A stretch of 64,000 nt of DNA. Origin: Isurus oxyrinchus. Its lineage: Eukaryota. Position 1 is the first letter of the stretch; the number at the start of each line of letters is the position of its first letter. Of this stretch, positions 13,763 through 26,800 are shown piece by piece. The notes under the pieces were generated by a model. It made no database searches. It was given only the letters and a program-made list of their open reading frames with translations, and was not told where the DNA came from. The translations under genes were made by a program, and so were the position numbers. The stretch covers positions 88,474,001-88,538,000 of the forward strand of contig JANJGN010000021.1 of the NCBI GenBank assembly GCA_026770705.1, given 5' to 3'.

Positions 13763-14186
13763 CCCCTGTTTACAGATGAAGAGATTGATTCAGTCTTGCC
13801 CCCACCCTCTGTTTATAGGTGAACACTCACTCAAGCCCCTGTTTACAGGTGAACAGAGACTCAGCTCCATCCCCCCTGTTTACAGGTGAACAGAGACTCA
13901 GCTCCATCCCCCCTGTTTACAGGTGAACAGAGACTCAGCTCCATCCCCCCTGTTTACAGGTGAACAGAGACTCAGCTCCATCCCCCCTGTTTACAGGTGA
14001 ACAGAGACTCAGCTCCATCCCCCCTGTTTACAGGTGAACAGAGACTCAGCTCCATCCCCCCTGTTTACAGGTGAACAGCGACTCAGCTCCATCCCCCCTG
14101 TTTACAGGTGAACAGAGACTCAGCTCCATCCCCCCTGTTTACAGGTGAACAGAGACTCAGTTCCACGTACCCCCTCCCCCCTGTTT
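13763..14186. repeat. 37-bp minisatellite (CTGTTTACAGGTGAACAGAGACTCAGCTCCATCCCCC)n, about 9 near-perfect units plus 3 degenerate ones
   Basis: TGTTTAC recurs at 13840, 13877, 13914, 13951, 13988, 14025, 14062, 14099 and 14136. Confidence 0.97.
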
Positions 14187-14479
14187 AGATTGGGCACAGA
14201 CTTCAGGTTTTGGGCAAGGGATAGGGGGATTAGGAAAGGCGTTGGGAGGGGGTGGTGGGTGGTGCTGTGTGGAAGAATTTTTTTGAATGCAGCCAGAGGG
14301 AATGAGGCTGCCCACCAGGATGGTGGAAGCAGAGGCGAAAGAAAATTGGATGGACACTTGAGGGAAATAAACTTGCAGAGTTACAGGAATAGAGGGGGTA
14401 TGGGTGTGGGTGGGCAATGGGAGTGGATTGCTGCCCAGAGAGATGGGCTGACTGGTCTCCTTGGCTACTGAGTTCTGAG

Positions 14480-14774
14480 TCTGAACTGAAACGCTAATTC
14501 TCTCCGCGAGATGTTGTGAAAGAGGCTGAGTCTGATCAGAGTTTTTCCGGGTTTGATGCAGATTCGCTCATTCCGCCCCTCACCCCATCCCCGTGTTCAC
14601 AGAGCAGGAAGTGTCAGGCTGTTCCTGGGGTGCATTGAGAGCGGGTGTTTTTGTTTTGTTTGTGGTAGAGTCGCTGCTGGACGGATTGAACCTGAACCAG
14701 ACTCCCGGGTCTGAAGAGTCTGACAGGCGGATCCAGGCGGATCCCTGGCCGGGGGCTGAAAGTTTGAATTGTGG
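14480..14774 (+). promoter_or_regulatory. Putative promoter/5' UTR of the Ig-5TM gene
   Basis: Local CpG enrichment, GC box CCGCCCC at 14573-14579 and ETS site CAGGAAGTG at 14605-14613, upstream of the ATG. Confidence 0.5.
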
Positions 14775-14841
14775 ATGGGTCGCCTGTTGCCTCCCCTGTT
14801 GCTGCTCGGCCTCTTCCTGCTGCGGCCGCTCTATGCGGAAG
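14775..14841 (+). CDS. Exon 1: signal peptide MGRLLPPLLLLGLFLLRPLYAE
   Basis: ATG followed by a Leu-rich hydrophobic core; phase-1 donor G|gtgagg; lies in a CpG-rich patch. Confidence 0.85.
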
Positions 14842-17800
14842 GTGAGGGACTGAGTGGGAAAACAGAGGGATTCCCGCAGAGTCTGGGAAAGGGGACGGGG
14901 AATGGGAGCGGAGGTTGGTCACATTCCACGCCCCCCCCCCCCCCCCCCACCCCCTGCAGAGGGATATCAGAGTAACTGAGAAGCGGGATCTCTCGGGCAA
15001 GTTCAGGGTTGGAAGTTATTGTTGCAAAGATTTCATTCCTTCACCACTGCAAAGGATGGCCGGGATTTTTAGGATGGTTGGTTTTCCACTCCTGCTATCC
15101 GAGGAGTTGGACCAGAATATATCCTGCTGATTCTGCCTGCCTGCCCCACAGTCACTTCAAGCTCCAACTTAACTATTATCACATTCTGCCTTCTTACCTT
15201 TGCAGTTATCAGCACCTTCTTTAGCGGTTGCCACTACCTTTAACACTCCCTTTGCCATTTTGTCAATGGCACCTTGGTCAATCTCTTCTTTGCCCCCACC
15301 TATCGCTGGCCTTCTATCCAGCTTCACCTGCTCCTCTCCCCCCTCCTAAACAGTATAAATTTCATCATATTACTACTTCTCTTTAGCTCTGAAGAAGGGT
15401 CATATGGACTCCAAACTTACACTCTGTTTCTCTCTCCACAGATGCTGTCAGGTCTCCTGAGTTTTTCCAGCATTTTCTGTTTTTCCCCCAACACGCCTTA
15501 ATTGGCTGGAGGTGGGGTTGCTGCCCCCTCACTGGCTGAGGAAGTCACACCTCAGAGACCTGCTGGCCAATCCAATTGGCTCATATCTCCCTAGACCCTG
15601 CTAGGGGTTGCAATGGACAAGACCCCAGGGTCAAGCATACATCGGAAATCGGAGCAGGAATAGGACAATTGGCCCCTCGAGCCTGCTCCACCATTCAGCA
15701 TGATCATGGCTGATCTGTTTGTGTTTTGAATCCCACAGATAACCTCAGGTAACCTTTGATTCCCTTGCCTAACAGGAATCTATCCACCTCCACCTTAAAA
15801 ATATTATGACCTCACCTCTGAGAGAAAAACTTTCTCCTCATCTGTCTTAAAAGGGCGACCCCTAATTTTAAAGCAGTGTCCCCAGCTCTTGACTCATCCG
15901 CAAGAGGAAACATCCTTTTCTACATCCACCTTGTTGAGACCATTCAGGATCTTGTATACTTCAACCAAATCACCCCTCACTCTTCTAAACTCCATTGGAA
16001 ACAAACCCAGCCTGTCCAACCTTTCCTCATAAGACAACCCATTCATTCCAGGTATCAGTCTAGTAAACCTCCTCTGAACCGCCTCCAAAGCATTTACATC
16101 CTTCCTTAAATAAGGAAACCAAAACTGCTCACAGTATTTGAGATGTGGCCTCACCAATGTCCTGTATAACTGAAGTATAACATCTTTAATTTCATGTTCA
16201 ATTCCTTTTGCAATAAAGGAAAGCGTTCCATTACCCTTCTTCACTACTTGCTGCATGTGAACAGCTCGCTGCATCTATTGACACCGCCCCGGCACACTGG
16301 GGCCATAAAATTCCATCCTACGTCCCAGGAGCCAGCACCCAGGTAGACAGGTAGATTTTCAGGCTCTTGGGCGGCTTGGGGAGGTGAGGTCCGGGATGGG
16401 GTGGTAGTGGCCAGAGAGGGGATGGAGGTGTTGGTGGAGAAAGCAGGGGGCACCTGCGGGGGCCAGACCTTTTGAGGTGGGGGGGTGGGGGAGTGGTTGG
16501 TGGGTGGAGCCAGCCAATGTTAAAAGGAGGGTGCTGATTGAAGTGCCCCCAATAATTAGCCACTTAAGGCCCTCAATTGGGGCAAGGGCAGGCAGGGCTG
16601 GCCTATGCCTCGACCATCCAAGTGTAAAATTATGGTGAGGTTGGGATTCCAGTGGGAAGGCTACACGGGAAATTTTATGTTTAAGTCCCCCCTTCCCCCC
16701 GCTGTTTACAAATCCATCAGTGGGGCAACAAGTAAATTTCTGCCTGACGTTACCTTCATCATGAAAAAAAAATCATGTCCCAGTCTCCATACGGCTCAGT
16801 GTCGGCTCCCGTCTGCTCATTCTCACCCCTCTCCACCACTCCCTCTGTGTTCTTTCTCCCTCCCCTCCAATCCCTTACCTGACTCCACTCCACTGTGGCC
16901 AACCTCTCCTCCTACACCCCTCCACGCCCAACCCCAGATCTCCTCCCCTGTAGGGCATTAATGAACCTAATGAGTTTTTACGAAAATCCAGCAGTTTCAT
17001 GATCATCATTGTTGAGACTAGTATTTAATTCCAGGTTTACTTATTAATTGAATTTAAATTCCGCCAGCTGCTGGAATGAGACTTGAACTCATGGTGCCAA
17101 AGCATTAGTAGCCCGTGGATTATTAATCCTTTCTGCCCCCCACCCCCTGCCCCCAGCCATTCTGCACCCCTGTCCTTTCTACCCCTTCTGTGCCCCCTGC
17201 CCTTTCTGCCACCCCTCACTTTCCACTCCCAGATCCTTCCTATCCTGTAGCCCCTTCTCCTCTCCCCCTTCATCACTCCCACACTCCCGTGCTACTTCCA
17301 TTCTCCCGTTCCTCCTTCCCTACAACCAGCACCCCCGCCCTGGATAAGAGCTGGATGAAATAAGAGCAGGCGTAGAACCTACTGTCCTTTGAGTCTTCTC
17401 TGTGACCCAGCATGTTCATGGTTGATCTTCTGCCCAAGCTCCAATTTCTCGTCTGCTCTCCATTCCTTTATTGCGTTGAAAATCTGTCTAACCCAACCTT
17501 AAATGTACGTAACAATGGTTCATCCACAACCCTCTGGGTTATCAAATTTTAAAGATTCGCTTTGAGTGAAGAAAATTCTCTTCATCTCAGCCCTAAATGA
17601 TCGGCCCCTTATCCCAAGGCTGTGCCCCCACTTTCCAGATTCCCCGGCCAGAGAATAGATCTTCTATAAAGACAAAACAAAACTGCGGATGCTGGAAATC
17701 CAAAACAAAAACAGAATTACCTGGAAAAACTCAGCAGGTCTGGCAGCATCGGCGGAGAACTATCAAGCCCCTTCAGAATCTTATATATTTCAATGAGATC

Positions 17801-20800
17801 ACCTCCCATTCTTCTGAATTCCTGAGAATATAGGCTCGATTTACTCAGCCTCTAACTTTTTTTAAGAAATAGGAACAGGAGTAGGACATTTGGCCCCCAA
17901 TCATAGGAAAACCCTTTCATCCCGGGAATCAATCCTGAGAACCTTCATTGTACTGTCTCCAAAGCGAGTGTATCCTTCCTTAGGTATGGACACCAAAACT
18001 GCACATGGTAGTCCAAATGTGCTCTCAATAAAAATAATAATAATACTTCCTTATTCTTGTATCCCAACTCCCTTGCAGCATGTGGTTTGCTTCCCCAGTT
18101 GCATGCAGCACCAGCATACTAGCTTTCTGTGACTGATATCAGGCTAATTGGCCTGTCATTCCCTGCTTTCTCTCTCTCTCTCCTTTCTTGAGTTACAGCA
18201 TTACTCTTGCAAACTTGAGTGTGGCTGTAAAAAGAGACATGCTGTTAAAGCTTATTAACTTGCACTTATCAGGACAAATGCAAGAATACCAAATTTCAAG
18301 TGGTTGTTTTCCAGTTCAGAGCTTTTCCAGGGGCAGAGTTTTATGGCTACGTCATGGCATGGGTGGGGCTGTAAGATGTGGCAAGCCATTCAAAAGTCTG
18401 TTGGCTTCAGCGGCACCAGAAATTCCCACTGGTGGAAGGGGCCATAAAATACCACCCTTGTGAATTACTGAAAAAATGGATATTTTTTTGTTGAAGCTTT
18501 TTGTTTTGCACTCATCAAGACAATTCGCAAGATTACCAATGTCAGGGAAACCAACAAATTTACACTGAGTGAGAAGAGAGTGCTGATTGGTTGGCAAGTG
18601 GACTCTGGTAGAGTCATTGCCATGGTGGATGCACCAGTTGATGGTGACTGATAGTTAACTGCCAAGCATTGTTTGAAATTTAAACCAGGCAGCGTGACTC
18701 TGATTGGTCAAGGCATTGCCCTGCGGGATGAACTAGCTGTCACTTATTATGCTTAGCTGAAACAGGCACAATGTGTGTAGCTGTTCTTTCTGTCTGCAAA
18801 GAACAGGGCCCTGTGTATTAACATATGTAGCTTCCAGTACATGCAAATGTGCCACACAGCGAGCCTGATGGACAATCTTAAATTGGTTGTCAGTGCATTG
18901 CTTAGCACACTGAGGATTATTTAGCGAATATGGTCCAATCACAGAATCACATCTAATGTTGGACATTGTGTTTTGAGTTTTGCAAGCAGGGGCTGCACCT
19001 TGCCCATTGCAAAAAGCAGAAGGAACGTGCTGTTTGATATGATCCGCCAGTCTTTGGGACATACGGCCTACATACCTGGCATCAGACTGTCACTGAAATT
19101 CATATACCGCATTACACGTTCGTGTAATAGGCATAGCGTCTTTTTGGCTTGACAGCAGCATCCTGTTAGTGATGATTGTCACTTGTGTTGTTTCGACAAA
19201 GAAGTCTATTTTTTCAGCAATACTCAAATTTCAAATGGAACAAAAGTTTATACTCAATGGAAAAAAAGGGTGCTGATTGGTTGCCAAGTGGGCTCTGACT
19301 GTCAGGGTGTTGCCATGGAGAAAGCAATAGGGAATGTTTATCCTCCAAGTTTTTGTTTAAATTTAAACAAGGCAGATTGACCCTGATTGGTCGAGGCATT
19401 GCCATGGAGAATGCACCAGGGAATAATTATCCCCCAAGCTTTTGTTTAATTGAAAAAGGCTCAATGCCTGGACAAATTCCTTTTGCCTGCAGAGGACCGG
19501 GCTCTGTGTGTGAATATATATAGCTTCCAGCAAGTCTAAGTGAGTCACATTGTGTGCCCAGATTACAACTACTGTTAAAGGGCCTATAAACCACTCCCAC
19601 AAGTATTTTCTGAACCTTTAATATTCCTAATTTCTGCTCATAATGATTCTACTTCATGGCCCCTTAAACCACAATACTTTCTTACTGTTGTCCTTATACC
19701 ATTATTTACCATTATTATCATTATTATCAAGGCCACTCCTCCTTTTCCATTCTGTCTGTCTTTTGAAATGTTGTGTACCTTGGAATATTTATTTCTCTCC
19801 CTTGCTCACTTTATAATAATGTCTCTGTAATGGAGATTAGGTCAAATCCATTTATCTCTATTTGTGCTGCTGGTTTATTGTGCTGTTATTTTATTACTCA
19901 TGCTTCGTATATTCAGTTAAGGAAGCTTGAATTTTTTTTTGCCAATATTCTTTGCATGGACCTTATTCGCTGATGCGCCATTCTGTTAAACTTTCCGTCC
20001 TTTTCTGTCCCAGGTCAGCTTGTCTTTACTCAGATTGCTACACTGTTTTATTGCCTTGACTTTTCTCTTTAGATTTCTACATTTCCAGTCACCCTACCCC
20101 TCCTGCACCTTTTAATTTAAAGTCCTATCTGCAGCCTCAGTTATACAGTTCTCCAGGATGCTGGCCCCAGCCCAGTTTAAGTGGAGCTCATCCCAACGGA
20201 AGAACTCCCTCTCTGCCCAGCACAGGTGCCAGTGTCTCTGAATCCTGCCTGATGTGCAGTCACACCCTCCTGCCCCTGACCACTGACCAAAGTCCTATTT
20301 AATCATATGGGTGTGACTGCTTGACACTGTGTCCAAGTAACTCTCCCTCTCTATGATGCCTGACAATTTATGCAGCAACTTTGGGCTGCAGACACTTATC
20401 ACAGATGTGGTTGTTCTGGATCCCACATGCTGCAGGTACAGAATGTTCCCATTATCACCCCAGCTCCTGCATCCCCTCTCCACCAGTTCCCCCTACCCCC
20501 TTCCATGCCTCTAATCCCTGTCCTCCCCTTTGATCTTCCCCCCATTTCCCACTCCCCTCTCCCTGGGCTCTTTCTCTCCCCCCCCCCTTCTCTCTGGGGT
20601 ATTTTTCTCCTTTCTTCCTTCTGGGCACTTCCCCCCCCCCCCCCCCCCCCCCACCTTTCAGCCTGAGCTCTTTCTGACTCACTACCTTGCTTTGGGATTC
20701 TTCTCTCTCTCCCCGCTGCCGCCCCCCCCCCCCCCACCACCACCTTTACTTCAGTCTCTTTCTCCGCCGCCCCATCTCCCCTTTCCTCTGGGCTCTTTCT

Positions 20801-23800
20801 CTCCCGTCCCTACCTAGCTTCCCCCACCATCCCTCCGGCCCCTCAGCAAACCCTCCCCCAACTTCACCTCGTCTCTTCTTTCTCCCGATGGAGTGCTGCA
20901 CTGCCAAAGATGCTTTCAGATCAGATGTTAAGCCCTCTTAGGTGATGTAAAAGATCTCATGGCAGTAGAAGTGTGGGGGGCGGTGGGTAGTCAATTGTGT
21001 CATGACTAATATTTATCCCACTTATTCATCACAAAAACAGATCATCTGGTCATTGTCACATTGCTGTTTATGGAAGCTTGCTGTGCACAAATACAATAAT
21101 AACCGCATTTCAAAAAAAGGGTTTCATTGGCTCTGAAAGGGAGTTGGGTGCTCTGAGGTGGTGAAAGACACTTACATAAATGAGAATCTGCCTCTCATTC
21201 CCTCTAGATATCTGTTGGCATAATGTGTACAATTTTCCTTTGTAATCGCTGCTGAATTTCACTGCTTCACTATCACACTTTAAAGGAATAAATTGATTGT
21301 TTTATGTTAACCAGTTGGAAGACGAGAAGTGTTTGCTGCCATTGGTTCATCGGTTTTACTGGATCCTGAACATGAAGCTAATCTCAGCATCAATGAAATT
21401 ATTTGGAATTTCACTGGCAGCAATGGGAACCTTGTGACAATCTTGGATTATGTACCAAACCACCCAATGGAGGAGCCAAATAACCATTTCAAATCTCGCT
21501 TACATTTCAATTCATCGACTGGGTCACTGATATTAAATCATTTAAATCCTAGTGACCAAGGAGTTTATACCATCATTGTAGATGACAAATTGATAAGGAT
21601 TACAGATTTGATTCTTATTGGTAAGTGATTTCAATACTTTATTACTTTGAAATACATTTGATGTACATTTCAGCTCATGTACTGTTTACTACTTGCGAAC
21701 ACTGTCGTAGAATAAGAATAGGCTATTCAGCCCGTCAAACCTATTCTGCCATTCTATCAAGGGAGTGATTCCAGAGCGTGGGGCATTGGTGACTGAAATC
21801 TCAGCCGCCAATGATGAAATGTGTAAGAGACCAGAGCGGGAGGAATGATTTTAGTGGGAGGAGCTGGGGTGGAGGAAGAGTTTTGAAGAATTGGGGGAGT
21901 TTACAGAGATACAGAGAGTCAAAAAAATGATGAGATTTCCACATGTGGCAAGAATTTTAAATTGAAGGCATTGATGGACAGGAGCCAATGCAGGCCAGCG
22001 AGGACAGGGGTGTTGGGACTGGGACATGGTACAGGACAGGATGCAGGCAGCAGAGGTATAGATGAGCTGAAGGATGGAGGATGGGAGGCAGCCAGGAGAG
22101 TATTGGAATAGTGGAGTCTGGGGGTGAGACGGGTGATGGGTGAGATTCTCAGCAGCAGCTGGATTGAAGTAGAGGCAGAGTCAGGTGCTGTTGAAGGTAG
22201 ACAGCCTTTGTGATCGGATTAAGGTGTCAGGAAATTCAGTTTAGGATTGAAGTATTATGATGTACCTGATGCAGCTCCAACAACACTCAAGAAGCTTGAC
22301 ACCGTCCAGGACAAAGCAGCCCCGCTTGATTGGCACCCCATCTGCAAACATTCACTCCCTCTGCCACCAACGCAGAGTGACAGCAGTGTGTACCATCTAC
22401 AAGATGCACTGCAGGAACTCCCCAAGCCTCCTGAGACAGCACCTTCCAAACCCATGCCCTCTATCAACTAGAAGGACAAGGGCAGAGAACACATGGGAAC
22501 ACCACCACGTGGAAGTTCCCCTCCAAGCCACTCACCATCCTGACTTGGAACCATATTGCTGTTTCTTCACTGTCGCTGGGCCAAAATCCTGGAACTCCCT
22601 CCCTAACAGCACTGTGGGTGTACCTACAGCACATGGAAAGCAGAGGTTCAAGGAGGCAGCTCACCACCGCCTTCTTAAGGGCAGCTGGGGATGGGCAATA
22701 AATGCTGGCCTAGCCAGCGATGCCCACATCTCAGGAATGAATATAAGAAAAAAACCCTGTGAAGGACAGAGCTCTCGTTAATTAACTACACCAACATAAT
22801 GTGTAGCAATGACATCCTCACATTCAGACCTGCTTATCTGACCATTTTTTCTCTTCCACAGAGCCACTGGCAGAACCTTTGATCAATGTTACCTTTGTGG
22901 ATACCACCATTGAACTAACCTGTAAAGTGTCTGTGGGGAAAGCGAGTTCCATTCTGTGGAGGAAAGATGCTGAAGTGATAATGAATGGTCAACATTATCA
23001 GTTGGTGCGAAACAACAGCAAGTTGATTATTTCTGAAGCCAGCAAATCAGACTGTGGAATCTATACTTGCACCATGGAGAACCCTGTTAGCAAGAAAAAC
23101 TATTCATATTCTCTTACTATTTACGGTGAGTCATGCCTGTCAGTCAATTCAATTGATTAGTTAAAATCTATATTCCACTGCTGTGCCTCACACTTAGTCT
23201 ATCCAAAGATGTTAACATAGGAATAACATTATATATTTTTCATGGCAGGAAGGAGGAGTAGAGTAGAAAACTGTAGACTGGTAGTGTACAATTTCCTGAT
23301 GTACTTGACAGGGTAGATGTTGAGATGATGTTTCCACTAGGGGAGGAATCTCAAACTAGGGGACACAGTTACAGAATAAAGGGGCACTCATTTAAAACTG
23401 AGATGTGAAGGAATTTCTTCCCTCAGTGGGTAGTGAATATCTGGAATTCTCTCCCTCAGAGAGTTGTGGAGGCTAGATCACTGAACGTATTTATTGAGGA
23501 CGGAGATGGATTTTTGAAATATCAGCGAGTTGATGTCTATGAGGAACTGGCATAAAAGAGGAGTTGAGGCCTGGGGCAGATTAGCTGTGATCTTATTGAA
23601 TGGCGGGGCAGGCTTGAGGGGCTGAATGGCCGACTGGTGCTCCTTTTTCTCATGTTCTTATGTACCTTCCCAGCATTTACTGAGAGGGTCAAAGTGGAAA
23701 ATCACAGTTTAAGTCTGCATTCTCCTGAAGAGTGCAGCCAGTTTACCCAATGTGGGAAACGAAATACTGCATTCTCATTCACTCATAGAGTCGAGGTTGG

Positions 23801-26800
23801 GGCAGAACAGAGAGTACTTTTCACTGGCATCTAAGCACACGGTATTTCACCTTGAAGAGGTGAGGGTGTCTGGTAGGAAGTTCCTATTTCCAACTTGCAA
23901 GATCCTTGATAACAACACTTTCAGGCAAAGACGAACCTGTTTGCAATTTGTTTACTGCTTTCAAAGTAGCATAAGTTTGAAATAAATTTTCTATTTCAGG
24001 TGCTGCCCTGCTGCATTGCTACACAAAGATATTATCCATCACTGCGCTGATCACTGCTGCTGCTGCCTTGGCTTGTAAAATAATTTCATCCTGGTATCTG
24101 GCCAAAATAATAAGTAAGAAAAACATATTATTCGTGCAACTTTAGTGTTGAAAATTTTAAGCTGTTGTGGTTTAATATTAGAGACTCTGTGAAACATTTA
24201 AATGTGACACCGATGTCATTTTAAATTCTGGTTCTTTGTATGGTGTGATTAATTTGAATGTGAGAATATTAGTTGCTGGGGTAATGTTGATATGAAACAA
24301 AAGCAGAAAATGCTGGAAAAACTCAGCAGGTCTAGCAGCATCTGGGGAGAGGGAAACAGATTTAACGTTTTGAGTCCGTATGACCCTCCTTCGTGAATTT
24401 GTTTATTGTTCCAGGTCTTCAGTTTCTTCAACTTGAGCTACGAGCCTTGCAGTTTATCTTTCTTATCGGTGCGTTTGTGTGTTGGATATGGGGTGAAGGT
24501 ACTGCATGTGTTCCTGTTTCTTTACTCCCAGTTGGTAATTGTATTTCTACAATGTAGTACCTCTGACAAATTAAATTCCAGTTTAATCCATTATTGGGTG
24601 GAGAACTCGGATGAGTTCTGATTTGGGACCCTCAAATTGTGAATTTAAGTTCGATAAATTTGCCAATCTGAGTGGCGGACATCAAAAAATTTACACTTCA
24701 TTGTAAAACCGAACCAGCTCACTAAGGTTGGGAATTTACTTGGAGCTGCAGCCACTGATTCCCATAACTTCACCACAGCTCCGAAGATGTTGGAATCAGC
24801 TGTAATGAGTATTGCCCATCTGCCCTCAGTCTTCTGACAACAGCAATCCCTGCAAAACGTATGTGTAACTGATTGGTCTGGCCGCATCAGCTCTCTCTGG
24901 CCTATCATCCCCAAGCATCACACCATCCTGATCTTTGTAAGCTAAGGTAATGTTTCTGCACACTTTGCCAGCCTGCCCACGTGCTTCTTGCTAGCCCTTC
25001 ATTAAATTGTGTCAGCAGCTTCTTGTAACCCCTCTGCATTTATGTTCAAACTCAGGCTGAGTAACTTGGATTTCTCAGACATTACACCTGTTAAGTGTGA
25101 CGAAGCCATGGTAGCCCCATGTCATCGGCTCCTCATGACCTTCAGAGTTTGCAAACTCAGCCCATGTTAATGTGCATCATACAGTTGTCCATTAACTTTG
25201 ACAACTTGTCCATTTCTCTCAGCGGCATGCTGAGATCCTCACTATTGGTCCCATGCTCAGTAATTCTTGTGACTGTACTCCTTGCTCCCTCCACCTGGGA
25301 GACACATTAGCCTCATTCCACAGGGAATCGGTACAAACTTCAATCTTCACGATTCCCTTTATCTGGCCAGTCGCACATCAGTAAACCACCGACAGGTTGA
25401 GGATACGTTCCCTTTAACAAGGCCAAATTGGCTTCGTGTCCAGTGATTTGAGGGAGTAGTTGGCCAGGCGAGGTGCAATTCATTGTGAACCCTGAGAAGG
25501 AGAGATCAGGCAAGGCGCTTGTTACTGGATACATAATCCAGAGGCCTGGATCAATTACCTGAGGACATGAGTTCAAATCCCAATATGACAATTGAATTTT
25601 AATTCAATAAAGTAGGAATGAAAAGCTTGTTTCAGTAATGGTGACCATGAAACTATTAAATTGTTATAAAAAGCTATCTGGCTCACTAATGTCCTAAAGG
25701 GAATGAAACCTGCTACCTTTGAACAGACTGCTCTATATGTGACTGCAGACCCAAACAATGTGGTCGGCTCCCCTCTGAAACTACCTAGCAAGCCGTTCAG
25801 TTGTCAGGAAGGTGGCCCCACCACCACCTCCTCAAGGTCAATTAAGGATCGGCAATAAATACTGGCCTCGCCAACATCCCAAGAACGAGTAACAAAAAAT
25901 GTTGGTCATTCTACCTGATCGACAGCACATTGTGCACTGTTTGAAATTTCCTGATTTAAACCATGAACAAAGGGGTTGGTGACCGAGCTCCCTCCTGTTC
26001 CTCACTGATGTAACTTGCCAGTTATGTGGTATGAATGTTGCCCATTACTTGTCAACCCCAGACTCAATGTTATCTAGGCTCAGTAACAACTGCTTGTATT
26101 TATATGGCACCTTCAACAGAGTAAGATGTCCCAAGGCACTTCATAGGGTTACCAAACAAAATATGACACCAAAGAGAGAGATTCTAAGGAGTATCCAGGA
26201 GGAGGTAGGGAAGAGGAGAAATCAGGGAGGAATTCCAGAGCTTAGAGCCTAGGCAGTGGAAGGCATGGCTACTAGTGGTGGAGGGATTAAATCAGAGATG
26301 CCTAGAAGACCAGAATCAGAGAAGCGCAGAGATCTTGGAGGAATATAGGGCCGGGGTAGGTAACAGACATAGGCAAGGGCGAGACTACAATATCATTGCA
26401 TTCTCCAAGCTCACAAAAGATGGATTGGCCAACAAAGGCAGCCAGTAAAACACTTCAGCATTAATAAGATGAAAAATCGTTGCATAGCTGGACACTACCT
26501 AGCTTTCTCTGGTGAAAGGTCGTTGACCTGAAATATTAACACCAATGCTCTCAGTAAGTCAGGCCACATATGTGGAGAGAGAAAAACAAATATTTTCTAT
26601 TTTTATTAGTCTAGACTAACCTCTATTAACCTAAATATTTGTTTTTTTTTAATTAAAAACCTCCATAAGTGGGCAGAAAATGAAAAATAGCACTGGCTTA
26701 CCAAGATAAAAACAAAAAAACTGCGGATGCTGGAAATCCAAAACAAAAACAGAATTACCTGGAAAAACTCAGCAGGTCCGGCAGCATCGGCGGAGAAGAA

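Noticed and set aside
13763-14186. 37-bp periodic array as a CRISPR array
   Set aside because: Head-to-tail identical units with no unique spacers, no cas genes, and a vertebrate context.
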